Shown piece after piece: positions 40,781-49,358 of a stretch of 64,000 nucleotides of DNA (positions within the stretch are counted from its first letter, which is position 1; each line of letters begins with the position of its first letter). The translations under genes and the position numbers were made by a program. The stretch comes from an uncultured Candidatus Saccharibacteria bacterium. GTDB lineage: Bacteria > Patescibacteriota > Minisyncoccia > Phycocordibacterales > UBA9973. The stretch spans positions 1,732-65,731 of the forward strand of contig CAYREQ010000001.1 of the NCBI GenBank assembly GCA_964423445.1, given 5' to 3'. A model generated the notes under the pieces. The model worked only from the letters and a program-made list of their open reading frames with translations. It was not told where the DNA came from and searched no databases.

Positions 40781-42205
40781 CTAGAATTCATCTAAATCAC
40801 CACTAATTTTTGATGGTGAAAATTCACTTAGGTTGCTCTTTTCAAGGTTTAGGAAAGTAGTAGTCTTTTCATCAAAGTACAATTCTACTTTTCCTGTCGG
40901 ACCATTTCGGTGTTTTTCTACTAGGATTTCAGCGATATTTGTCTTATCCATGGCATCTTTTCCTTTGTCTTCACGGTGGATAAACATTACTACATCGGCA
41001 TCCTGCTCGATTGATCCAGAGTCACGGAGGTCAGACAGTCTTGGTCGTCCACCACGAGATTCTACTGCACGAGAGAGCTGTGACAGTGCAAGCACTGGAA
41101 CATTTAGCTCTTTTGCTAGGCCCTTTAGTGAGCGAGATATCTCAGTGACTTGGTTTACCATAGAGTCATAATTTTTACTTGTAGTCATCAGCTGGAGGTA
41201 ATCTACCACGATTAGGTCCACACCTTTTTCTGCTTTGATTCGGCGTGCTAGAGATTTCATTCGAACGATAGAATTTCCAGCTTGGTCGTCAATAAATATT
41301 TTTGCTTTAGCGAGCTTGTCCAGTGAATCACGAAGTTGAGAAAATTCTCTGTCTGATGAAAGATTTCCTGTACGTAGGTTCCATGCGTTTACTCTAGATT
41401 GTGCTGAGAGCATTCGGTCTACGAGTTGTTGTGAAGACATTTCGAGAGAGAATATAAGTACAGACTTGTCGTGGTTTACAGCAGCTAGTCGTGACATGTC
41501 TAGGGCGAGGGTAGTCTTTCCCATACTTGGTCGAGCAGCGAGAATAATCAAATCAGAATCTTGAAAACCAGACAGCATAGAATCCAAATCTTTAAAACCA
41601 GTAGGTAGACCGCGAAGCATACCTTTGTTTTCGTGAAGTTTTTCCAAGCGTTCATAGGCTTCACCGAGTTCATCCTTTAGGTTTACAAATTTTTGATTTT
41701 TTGGACTTGAGACTACACTAAAAATTCTTTTTTCTGCCAAATCTAAAATATCATTCATGTGGTCGTCGCCCTCTTCAAAAGCAAGCTCGGACACATAGTC
41801 TGCTGCTTCAATTAGACTTCGAAGGACATATTTTTTTTGCACGATATCGGCATAGTGTTTTACGTTTGTAGAAGATGGCACAGTGTTTACTATCTCAGCT
41901 AGGTATTGATTTCCACCTATATTGTTTAGCAACTTTTGCTCACTCAATTTTGTAGAGAGCGAGAGCATATCTATAGGCTCGTTCTTTGAAGACAGATCAA
42001 GCATAGCCTTAAAAATAATTTTATGTTTTTCAGCATAAAAAGAATCAGGAGTAATCATGTCTTCTACCTCGTGCATAGCGTCTTTGCGTAGCATTATAGA
42101 TCCGAGTACTGCTTGCTCTGAAGGCATACTCTGTGGTGGTAGTCTCAAATTATTTTGTCTTGGTTTTTGTACGTCGTTTCTTCTATTGTTTTCTCCTTTT
42201 ACCAT
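40781..42205 (-). CDS. dnaB: replicative DNA helicase DnaB
   Basis: Walker A ARPSMGKTTLAL; DYLQLM; the RecA-like C-terminal domain plus the N-terminal helicase domain. Confidence 0.9.
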   Translation of the reverse strand: MVKGENNRRNDVQKPRQNNLRLPPQSMPSEQAVLGSIMLRKDAMHEVEDMITPDSFYAEKHKIIFKAMLDLSSKNEPIDMLSLSTKLSEQKLLNNIGGNQYLAEIVNTVPSSTNVKHYADIVQKKYVLRSLIEAADYVSELAFEEGDDHMNDILDLAEKRIFSVVSSPKNQKFVNLKDELGEAYERLEKLHENKGMLRGLPTGFKDLDSMLSGFQDSDLIILAARPSMGKTTLALDMSRLAAVNHDKSVLIFSLEMSSQQLVDRMLSAQSRVNAWNLRTGNLSSDREFSQLRDSLDKLAKAKIFIDDQAGNSIVRMKSLARRIKAEKGVDLIVVDYLQLMTTSKNYDSMVNQVTEISRSLKGLAKELNVPVLALSQLSRAVESRGGRPRLSDLRDSGSIEQDADVVMFIHREDKGKDAMDKTNIAEILVEKHRNGPTGKVELYFDEKTTTFLNLEKSNLSEFSPSKISGDLDEF

Positions 42206-42281
42206 GAAAGCATTTTAACATAGTCAGGAAATTGTGAAAGCTTAAAAGTGCGTAAGACTGTTATTAAAATGTGGAAAGTTT

Positions 42282-42353
42282 AGCAGGTAAAGTAAAAATT
42301 CGCCGCTTTACCCTAAAGGGCTCCGACACGAACTCATTTTTACTTTACCTGCT
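42282..42353 (+). repeat. copy C of the GC-rich core element: core differs from copy B by 1 nt, inside a perfect 18-bp inverted repeat, between the dnaB start and the trpS start
   Basis: agcaggtaaagtaaaaat [tcgccgctttaccctaaagggctccgacacgaactc] atttttactttacctgct. Confidence 0.85.
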
Positions 42354-42373
42354 CTACATGATAAGATATTATC

Positions 42374-43324
42374 ATGTCTAAAAAGGTATTATTGTCAGGA
42401 GTAAAGCCTACAGGTCGCCCACATCTGGGCAACTATTTTGGTGCCATGAAGCAATTCGTGGATTTATCATCAGATTACGACAGTTATGTATTTATTGCTG
42501 ATTATCACGCACTCAATTTTATACAAAACAAGGAAGAGATGAGAGAAAACATAATCGGGGTTTTGCTCGATTATTTAGCTGTAGGTCTCGATCCAAAAAA
42601 AGTTTGCATATTCAAACAAAGTGATATTTCTGAACACACAGAGCTGGCTTGGATTTTTGATACTATCACTACTATGCCATATCTCATGCGTGCACATGCT
42701 TTCAAAGATGCAGAAGCTAAAAATAAAGAAATCGTAGTAGGTACTTTCAATTATCCGATGCTGATGGCTGCAGATATCTTACTCTACAGTCCAGACATAG
42801 TTCCAGTAGGTCAAGATCAGCAACAACACGTAGAAATCACTAGAGACGTAGCTCAAAAGTTCAATAATACTTTTGGAGAAGTTTTTAAATTACCAGAACA
42901 TAAAATAATGAAAGAAGTAGCCGTAGTTCCTGGTACAGACGGACAAAAGATGAGTAAAAGCTATAACAATACTATTCCACTCTTTGCTGAATATGAAGAA
43001 ATAAAAAAAGCTGTGATGGGCATAGTCACAGACTCAAGCGGAGATATTCCAAAAAATGTTTTTGCCATACATAAACTCATCCGACCAGAGGCTGAACTCG
43101 CTCCAATATATGAAGAAAAAAAGGGTAGCTACAAAGAACTAAAAGAGCTACTAATAGAAGACTTGGAAAAATTTATAGCTCCAATGCGAGAAAAGAGAAA
43201 AGAATTTGAAAAAGATATTCCGAGCGCACTAGCAATACTAAAAGCCGGTGGAGAAAAAGCTAAAGCTGTAGCTAATGCAAAAATGCAAGAAGTTCGCGAA
43301 AAAATTGGAGTTAGTGTATATTAA
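42374..43324 (+). CDS. trpS: tryptophan--tRNA ligase
   Basis: HIGH-type motif TGRPHLGNY and KMSKS. Confidence 0.9.
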   Translation: MSKKVLLSGVKPTGRPHLGNYFGAMKQFVDLSSDYDSYVFIADYHALNFIQNKEEMRENIIGVLLDYLAVGLDPKKVCIFKQSDISEHTELAWIFDTITTMPYLMRAHAFKDAEAKNKEIVVGTFNYPMLMAADILLYSPDIVPVGQDQQQHVEITRDVAQKFNNTFGEVFKLPEHKIMKEVAVVPGTDGQKMSKSYNNTIPLFAEYEEIKKAVMGIVTDSSGDIPKNVFAIHKLIRPEAELAPIYEEKKGSYKELKELLIEDLEKFIAPMREKRKEFEKDIPSALAILKAGGEKAKAVANAKMQEVREKIGVSVY

Positions 43325-43434
43325 ATAAAATGAATAATAAATTTTTACAAATAAATAACTGGCAGTATTTCTTTAGCCCTTCTAATAGAAAGCTGCTTTT
43401 TGTGCTGTAAAAATATCTAAAAAACTTACAACCT

Positions 43435-43476
43435 AAAAAACAGCTTTCTAACCGAAAGCTGTTTTTGTTTTTTTTG
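43435..43476 (+). terminator. intrinsic terminator cagctttc-taac-cgaaagctg plus a T-run downstream of trpS
   Basis: Seen in the sequence; a weaker related hairpin (tctaatagaaagctgc plus Ts) lies about 45 nt upstream. Confidence 0.6.
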
Positions 43477-43504
43477 CAAATAAATAGAAAAAGGAGGTGA
43501 TTCT

Positions 43505-43543
43505 ATGAACACAGCTTGGGACATAGATGATGAATGGTTTTAG
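43505..43543 (+). CDS. candidate 12-codon leader peptide MNTAWDIDDEWF
   Basis: Strong Shine-Dalgarno GGAGGTG 7 nt upstream; ORF lies between two terminators and before aspS; contains 3 Asp, 1 Asn and 2 Trp codons. Confidence 0.35.
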   Translation: MNTAWDIDDEWF

Positions 43544-43610
43544 GGCTACGTATCGAGGGATTTGGCCCACTCTCGCGCGTTCGGCGTTTACCGGATAATA
43601 TCAAAATCAA

Positions 43611-43652
43611 TTGGCGAATGTCCCACATGAGACGTTCGCCAATATTTTTTTT
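43611..43652 (+). terminator. terminator/attenuator hairpin ttggcgaa-N16-ttcgccaa plus T8, 20 nt upstream of the aspS ATG
   Basis: Seen in the sequence; the hairpin loop contains ATGTCCCA, which is complementary to the leader codons TGGGACAT. Confidence 0.55.
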
Positions 43653-43673
43653 CTGTGATAAAATGCATTTTAT

Positions 43674-45008
43674 ATGAAGGACAGAATATATTTAAAGGAT
43701 TTAAAGGATTATGTGGGGAAAGAGGTAATCGTGGCTGGATGGGTAGATGTACGACGCGATCAGGGTAAAATGGTCTTTTTTGACATACGAGATATGACCG
43801 GCAAGGTACAATGCGTGACATTGCCTAGTCACACTGAAGCCATAGAAGCTGCCAAAGAAATTCGACCTGAATGGGCTTTGAAAGTAAATGGAATAGTAAA
43901 CAAGCGCCCAGAGAAAAATGTGAAAGCTGGGGTAATCAATGGTGATGTGGAACTCGAAGTCACAGCTATAGATGTGGTAGTAAAAGCTGAAGAACTACCT
44001 TTTGACCTAGGAGCAGAATTAAATTTAGATACATACCTCGATCATTTACCACTCATGCTTCACTCTGAACGCACTCGAGATATTTTCACAATGCAATCTA
44101 GCATCCTAGATGCCTACCGTTCATCTCTACGACGCCAAGGTTTTACCGAGTTCATGTCTCCAGCTATCGTGGGTGGAGATGCTGAAGGTGGAGCTGCTGC
44201 TTTCAAACTAGAATATTTTAAAGACAAGTCTGCATTTTTGGCGACTAGTCCACAATTTTACAAACAAATTATGGTGGGTGGTTTTGAGCGTTCATGCACC
44301 ATAGCCAAAGTTTTCCGTGCTGAAAAAAGTGCTACGACTAGACACCTTTCCGAAATCACTCAAATGGATTTTGAAATGGGATTTATTGAAAACGAACTTG
44401 AACCGATGAAAGTTTTAGAAAATGCTGTTCGCGACACAGTGAAAGTTGTAGGAGAAAAGCACGCAGATATTTTTGCTCGTTTTAAAACTACAATTCCAGA
44501 AGTTCCTGCGGAAATACCTATCTTTACACTCGCTGAAGCTCAAGCCCTAGTATCAAAAGAATATAATCGTGTCATAGAAGATACAGATGATATGTCTCCA
44601 GAAGACGAGAGACAGATTTGTGAATATGCAAAGAAAAATCTTCACTCTGACTTTGTTTTCATTACTCGATTCCCGACAGCAAAAAGAGCATTTTATACTT
44701 ACGAAGAGCCGAGCGAAGCACCTTTTTCTCGAGGATTTGATTTACTTTTCCGAGGGTTAGAGATAAATAGTGGAGCACAACGCATTCACAATTATGACGA
44801 TCTCGTGGCTCGTATAAAAGAGCGAGGAATGGATCCAGAAAAATTCTCTTATTACTTACAAGCATTTAAATATGGTATGCCACCACATGGTGGATCTTCT
44901 ACTGGGTTAGAGCGTTTTACTGCTCGTATGCTAGAGCTCTCAAATGTCAAAGAGGCTACAGCATTTCCTCGTGACATGGGCCGTATAGATAAAAGACTAG
45001 CGGAATAA
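43674..45008 (+). CDS. aspS: aspartate--tRNA ligase, archaeal/eukaryal-type short form (possibly non-discriminating)
   Basis: Class II motifs FRAEKSATTRHLSE and GMPPHGGSSTGLER; SPQFYKQ is Asp-type; 444 aa. Confidence 0.8.
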   Translation: MKDRIYLKDLKDYVGKEVIVAGWVDVRRDQGKMVFFDIRDMTGKVQCVTLPSHTEAIEAAKEIRPEWALKVNGIVNKRPEKNVKAGVINGDVELEVTAIDVVVKAEELPFDLGAELNLDTYLDHLPLMLHSERTRDIFTMQSSILDAYRSSLRRQGFTEFMSPAIVGGDAEGGAAAFKLEYFKDKSAFLATSPQFYKQIMVGGFERSCTIAKVFRAEKSATTRHLSEITQMDFEMGFIENELEPMKVLENAVRDTVKVVGEKHADIFARFKTTIPEVPAEIPIFTLAEAQALVSKEYNRVIEDTDDMSPEDERQICEYAKKNLHSDFVFITRFPTAKRAFYTYEEPSEAPFSRGFDLLFRGLEINSGAQRIHNYDDLVARIKERGMDPEKFSYYLQAFKYGMPPHGGSSTGLERFTARMLELSNVKEATAFPRDMGRIDKRLAE

Positions 45009-45011
45009 TTT

Positions 45012-45341
45012 GTGATGGAAAATATTATTTCAGGCAAAGTCGTCCCAGGTGACAAATATGGTAGAAAGCTAGGCTTTCCGACAGCAAACTTGGATACAAA
45101 GTTAGATAATTTTGTCACTGGTGTATATGGTGGCGAGGGGACAATAGGTAAAAAGACTTACAGAGCGGCCATTGTCATAAATGACAATGGCCGGATAGAA
45201 GCACACCTCCTCGGGTACAGAGGAAATGCTTATGGAAAAATTTTGGATTTAAATTTAAAAAAAATTATACGAAATTATATAAAGTTTGATACTGAGGCAG
45301 AGCTAATAGCTCAAATTAGGAAAGATATAAAAAAATGTTAA
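45012..45341 (+). CDS. stand-alone riboflavin kinase domain
   Basis: GKVVPGDKYGRKLGFPTANL is the riboflavin-kinase signature; only 109 aa, with no FAD-synthetase domain. Confidence 0.65.
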   Translation: MMENIISGKVVPGDKYGRKLGFPTANLDTKLDNFVTGVYGGEGTIGKKTYRAAIVINDNGRIEAHLLGYRGNAYGKILDLNLKKIIRNYIKFDTEAELIAQIRKDIKKC

Positions 45342-45352
45342 ACTAATAATCT

Positions 45353-46273
45353 ATGAAAGATTCACAAAGTTATCTAACTGGTCCAATATTTATAATCATC
45401 GCTGCATTGCTCTGGGCTTTTGATGGACTCATTCGTCAATATTTATATACATTACCACCAATCACTATTATATTTTTTGAGCACCTCATCGGCCTTGTTC
45501 TATTGTCTCCGTTTGTATTTAAATATGTATTAAATACAAAACTTACAAAAAAGGAATGGTGGCTCATTATTTTGATTTCAATTTTGAGTGGACTCTTTGG
45601 TACATTGTGGTTTACCACTGCTCTCGGTAAGGTCCATTTTATTTCTATCTCTGTAGTATTTTTGATTCAAAAACTTCAACCAATATTTGCTATCACTACA
45701 GCTAGAATTTTTTTGAAAGAGCGCCTGGACAAGAGATATGTCAAATGGGCTATCTTGGCTGTCGTATCCGCATACTTTGTGACTTTTCCAAATGGTATCG
45801 TAAATCTACAGACAGGCGAGGGTACAATTATCGCAGCACTATATGCCCTAGGAGCAGCTTTTGCTTGGGGTTCATCCACTACATTTTCAAAGATGTTGCT
45901 CGGCAAGATGGATTTCAAAGTCAGTACTTTTTATAGATTTTTATTTACTTTAATATTTGCAATACCAGCCCTATTTTTACTAGGAGGTTATTCTTCAGCT
46001 ACCGGCTTTATAGTGCCTAGTATCACTCAATTTGAACTCCTAGCATTGATAGCACTATCTACAGGCATGGTGGCACTTCTCATATACTACAAAGGCCTAG
46101 CCAAGACACCGGTGCATATCTCTACAATCTTAGAACTCACTTTTCCATTTATCGCCATTTTCTTGGACATGGTTGTAAATGGCACGAGCCTCTCTGTATC
46201 ACAATGGATAGCAGCACTCGTATTAGTATTTAGTATTTATCAAATTTCTAGCTTAAGAGAAAAAGCTTTTTGA
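45353..46273 (+). CDS. EamA/DMT-family transporter
   Basis: 10 predicted TM helices forming two EamA-like repeats. Confidence 0.6.
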   Translation: MKDSQSYLTGPIFIIIAALLWAFDGLIRQYLYTLPPITIIFFEHLIGLVLLSPFVFKYVLNTKLTKKEWWLIILISILSGLFGTLWFTTALGKVHFISISVVFLIQKLQPIFAITTARIFLKERLDKRYVKWAILAVVSAYFVTFPNGIVNLQTGEGTIIAALYALGAAFAWGSSTTFSKMLLGKMDFKVSTFYRFLFTLIFAIPALFLLGGYSSATGFIVPSITQFELLALIALSTGMVALLIYYKGLAKTPVHISTILELTFPFIAIFLDMVVNGTSLSVSQWIAALVLVFSIYQISSLREKAF

Positions 46274-47097
46274 TTTAAAATAGAGTTTGTGACAAAAACA
46301 CGACTCGCTCCACTCTTTAGAATTTTTTCTGAGATTTTTTCTCCAGCAAAGACTCCATGAGTAGCACCTACTATTACTTTTTTTGCGCCGAGAGATTTTA
46401 GATGTTTTATCGCATGCACTATTGTGCCACCTGTGGCTATGATGTCATCTAATATACAGACATTTTTACCTTTTACATCAGCCTTACCTTCTATCTTAGC
46501 TACCTTGGCATGAATACCATTTTTTATACCGTTGTCTTTGGCTAGCCCTCTTGTCTTTTGGAGTGAGTGACCTGTGTGACCCTTAGCATTTTCTATAAAA
46601 TAAGAAGAACCTTCATCTGGGGAAATTACACAAAATTCTTGTTTACCAAAATATTTTTTTGCATAAGATAATAGCTGTCTACCTGCAGAATGATTTTCTA
46701 TTTTTAGACCATTTCGCACAAAGTTTCCAGTCTTTGGCAGAAAATGACAATCAAAAGTGATTAATTTTTTTACCCCATAATTTTTTAAAAGACCACACAA
46801 GATATCCGCACTGACTGCTTCACCTTTTTTACTTTCTCTGTCTTGGCGAGCATATGGAAAATAGGGAATAAAGAGCTCTATATTTTTTACTTCTTTTTTC
46901 AATCTAGCTAGTATTAATAAAAGTTCAAAAGTTCTCTTTTCTGGCTCGGGGTATAGCCGGTGGTAGATAGTCACATTTTTACCTTTGAGAGAATCTATCT
47001 TTTCTATAAATACGTATGACTCTGTGTCTGGGAATTGCTTTATGGTGATATTTACTTTTCCAAAGTCAGAGGCGTAGGGAGTGATTAATTTTTGCAT
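46240..47097 (-). CDS. prs: ribose-phosphate diphosphokinase (PRPP synthetase)
   Basis: PRPP-binding loop VCILDDIIATGGTIVHA and the N-terminal Prs domain. Confidence 0.85.
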   Translation of the reverse strand: MQKLITPYASDFGKVNITIKQFPDTESYVFIEKIDSLKGKNVTIYHRLYPEPEKRTFELLLILARLKKEVKNIELFIPYFPYARQDRESKKGEAVSADILCGLLKNYGVKKLITFDCHFLPKTGNFVRNGLKIENHSAGRQLLSYAKKYFGKQEFCVISPDEGSSYFIENAKGHTGHSLQKTRGLAKDNGIKNGIHAKVAKIEGKADVKGKNVCILDDIIATGGTIVHAIKHLKSLGAKKVIVGATHGVFAGEKISEKILKSGASRVFVTNSILNQKAFSLKLEI

Positions 47098-47135
47098 ATG
47101 GTCATTGTATAAAATAATGTTAGAATATACAAACT

Positions 47136-47486
47136 ATGGACGAAGCCAAAGATACCAAAAGCCTTATAAAAAAGAAATGTGTACCTTGCGAGAAAAAGGG
47201 AATAAAGCCTATGGAGCGAGAGGAGGCACAGGATTATGTAGACGAATCATATCACTGGATTTTGAGTGATGATGTAAAAAAGATTTCCAAAGAATATAAA
47301 TTTACTGATTTTATCGGTGCGATAAATTTTGTAGACAGAGTAGCTGACATAGCTGAAGAAGAAGGGCATCATCCAGATATACATATAAACTACAACAAAG
47401 TACTCCTCGAGCTCACCACTCATGCGATAGATGGATTGTCAGTAAATGACTTCATCCTAGCTGCAAAAATAGACGAAGGCAGATAA
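47136..47486 (+). CDS. pterin-4a-carbinolamine dehydratase (PCD/DCoH)
   Basis: EGHHPDIHINYNKVLLELTTH signature. Confidence 0.8.
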   Translation: MDEAKDTKSLIKKKCVPCEKKGIKPMEREEAQDYVDESYHWILSDDVKKISKEYKFTDFIGAINFVDRVADIAEEEGHHPDIHINYNKVLLELTTHAIDGLSVNDFILAAKIDEGR

Positions 47487-47535
47487 AAAAAGGTGAATCA
47501 CTTTTGTGTTCACCTTTTAAAATATATTCATCTAA

Positions 47536-48642
47536 CTATACCTTTATTTTTTTTCTTAGCATGTTCAAGGATTGCCCAGCTGCACATCCACCACACTTTG
47601 CACATCCAGATTTTATTTCTGACATGCGAAGATTTAATCCTGTTCGCAACATTTCTTTTTGTAGAAAGTCTTGTACGCGAGCAAAAATAAAAGGGTCAGT
47701 CTGGTATCGCATATAAGCTGGTGGTCTGATTGGTATCGGGTCTGGTATCACATCCATAGCGATCATTTTCTCTATGGCTTTGTTTGTATAATATTCGTCT
47801 TCTAATCCGACGATGATATTACTTATAACATTACCTACTCCGAATATAGACACAGCGTAGGGAAGTACATACCAATAGACTTCATTTATGAGTTCTATTT
47901 TTCCTGGTATATGGGAGCGTTGCGCTTGGGGACTATAGCAGTCCAGAGGAACCATCCATGTATCTACTCCAGCATTTTTTATTTTATCTATAATTAAAGC
48001 TGAAGCTGGCTGTGATTCAAGAGCAAGAGGAAGTAAAGGGAAAACCTTTTTAATTTTTGCCAATGATTCGCAGACATTTTCAAATACAGGAAGTGTCATA
48101 AGTGGAGTCGTAAAAGTAAGTACATAATTTTTACGATATCCAGTTATTATTTCAAGTGCCTCGATTATTTCTTCAGTTGTTCTGTTTAAATTTTCCATAC
48201 CTCCTGTCATTTGACAAAAGCTACAGGCGTTTCCAGCATCAAATAAAGAGCATCTAGTACCCCCGATTATTCCAACTAGATTATTTCCGGTATGTTTCTG
48301 TAGTATTTCAGATACATATCGTCCACTCGTGAGTTTTTTCATTGCCCACTCTTCTGCTTGAAATGTTTTCACGGTAGCTATTGTTTTACCGTTAAAATCA
48401 ATTTCATAACTATCTAGCCCTTCTCCTTTTATCAAGCAAAGAGGGGAAGATTGATTGATGCGGATATTTACATTTCGAGAAAGACTTGTGAGCTCACTTA
48501 CATCCTTTACACTTGCATGTAAGCCATATCCTAGCCCTCCTCGTTTTTGCTGGTGTGGATTTTGTGCGTTTAATATTACATAAAGCAACACAGGATCAAC
48601 TCGGACTCCTACACATACTAAGTACGGGAATAGATTATTCAT
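47536..48642 (-). CDS. putative Fe-S enzyme, radical-SAM-like with non-canonical Cys spacing (Cx8Cx2C) and a C-terminal CxxCxxC motif
   Basis: GIIGGTRCSLFDAGNACSFCQMTGG and C-terminal SGCAKCGGCAAG; TIM-barrel-like length. The family is unresolved. Confidence 0.35.
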   Translation of the reverse strand: MNNLFPYLVCVGVRVDPVLLYVILNAQNPHQQKRGGLGYGLHASVKDVSELTSLSRNVNIRINQSSPLCLIKGEGLDSYEIDFNGKTIATVKTFQAEEWAMKKLTSGRYVSEILQKHTGNNLVGIIGGTRCSLFDAGNACSFCQMTGGMENLNRTTEEIIEALEIITGYRKNYVLTFTTPLMTLPVFENVCESLAKIKKVFPLLPLALESQPASALIIDKIKNAGVDTWMVPLDCYSPQAQRSHIPGKIELINEVYWYVLPYAVSIFGVGNVISNIIVGLEDEYYTNKAIEKMIAMDVIPDPIPIRPPAYMRYQTDPFIFARVQDFLQKEMLRTGLNLRMSEIKSGCAKCGGCAAGQSLNMLRKKIKV

Positions 48643-48755
48643 AACTTTCTCCTATTTTAAAGAACAAATATTGTCGTTTTGTTTTGGGTAGACAAAGAAA
48701 AACCCCTTCCTAGAAACTTAGGAAGGGGATGTTTTCAAAAATTAATTTATGTAAA

Positions 48756-49151
48756 TTACGAGCTCAAAGACAACCCTTTCCTAAGTTTGGATGGGTTGTG
48801 GTGGTTTGATATACGAGACAATACGAGCCGATATCCGCCGAGTGAACCTTTTAACCATTTTGCTATGCGGGCAATAGTCGCAGACGAGAGACCAGTGTTT
48901 TCACTGATGGTATTGTATTGTATGTCTTTTGAGAGCAGGGAAGCTGCTTCGAGCCTGTTTGCAAATTCTTTTATTTCTAGTTCAGTCATGACATCTCGCA
49001 AGAAAGATTGCATCTCTTCTTTATTTTTCAAAGACAAAAAAGCTTGCACCAATTGTTGGTTTTTCTTTGTATTCCAATCTATCTTTGTGCCGATACCTTG
49101 GATCAGTTTTACTGTATCTATATTTGTATTTTTATTCATTCCTTTACTCAT
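48756..49151 (-). CDS. TrpR-like / YerC-YecD family DNA-binding protein
   Basis: FLRDVMTELEIKEFANRLEAASLL...ISENTGLSSATIARIAKWLK matches the Trp_repressor-fold HTH. The overlapping plus-strand ORF 48679-49164 is rejected. Confidence 0.65.
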   Translation of the reverse strand: MSKGMNKNTNIDTVKLIQGIGTKIDWNTKKNQQLVQAFLSLKNKEEMQSFLRDVMTELEIKEFANRLEAASLLSKDIQYNTISENTGLSSATIARIAKWLKGSLGGYRLVLSRISNHHNPSKLRKGLSLSS

Positions 49152-49196
49152 GACGTCACTTTAGCAGACTAAAGTACTTTAGTCAACTAAAGTGAC
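49151..49196. promoter_or_regulatory. composite palindromic operator TGACGTCACTTTAG-CA-GACTAAAGTACTTTAGTC-AA-CTAAAGTGAC, directly upstream of the YerC-like gene
   Basis: Four ACTTTAG/CTAAAGT half-sites in mirror symmetry, seen in the sequence; lies between the regulator and the divergent small ORF. Confidence 0.55.
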
Positions 49197-49358
49197 GGGT
49201 AGGGGTGTGGAAAACTTTAGCTGAGTAAAGTAGAGATATGGAGTAGAGGGGTAGGAGCGTGGAGGCATGCTTGACTTTTTGCTTTTTGTATGATATTTTA
49301 TTTTTGGATATATGCTCGTGGTATTTCCAAATTTAATTAACTTGGAGACAAAAAAACA

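Noticed and set aside
43544-43610. T-box riboswitch upstream of aspS
   Set aside because: AGGGATTTGGCCCACTCTCGCGCG superficially resembles the T-box core but does not match AGGGTGGNACCGCG. No specifier-loop architecture is evident, and the leader is far shorter than a T-box.
48679-49164. Plus-strand 161-aa ORF overlapping the YerC/TrpR-like gene
   Set aside because: It is fully antisense to an ORF with a clear Trp-repressor-fold HTH match (GLSSATIARIAKWLK). It has low-complexity Phe/Ser-rich composition and no ribosome-binding site.
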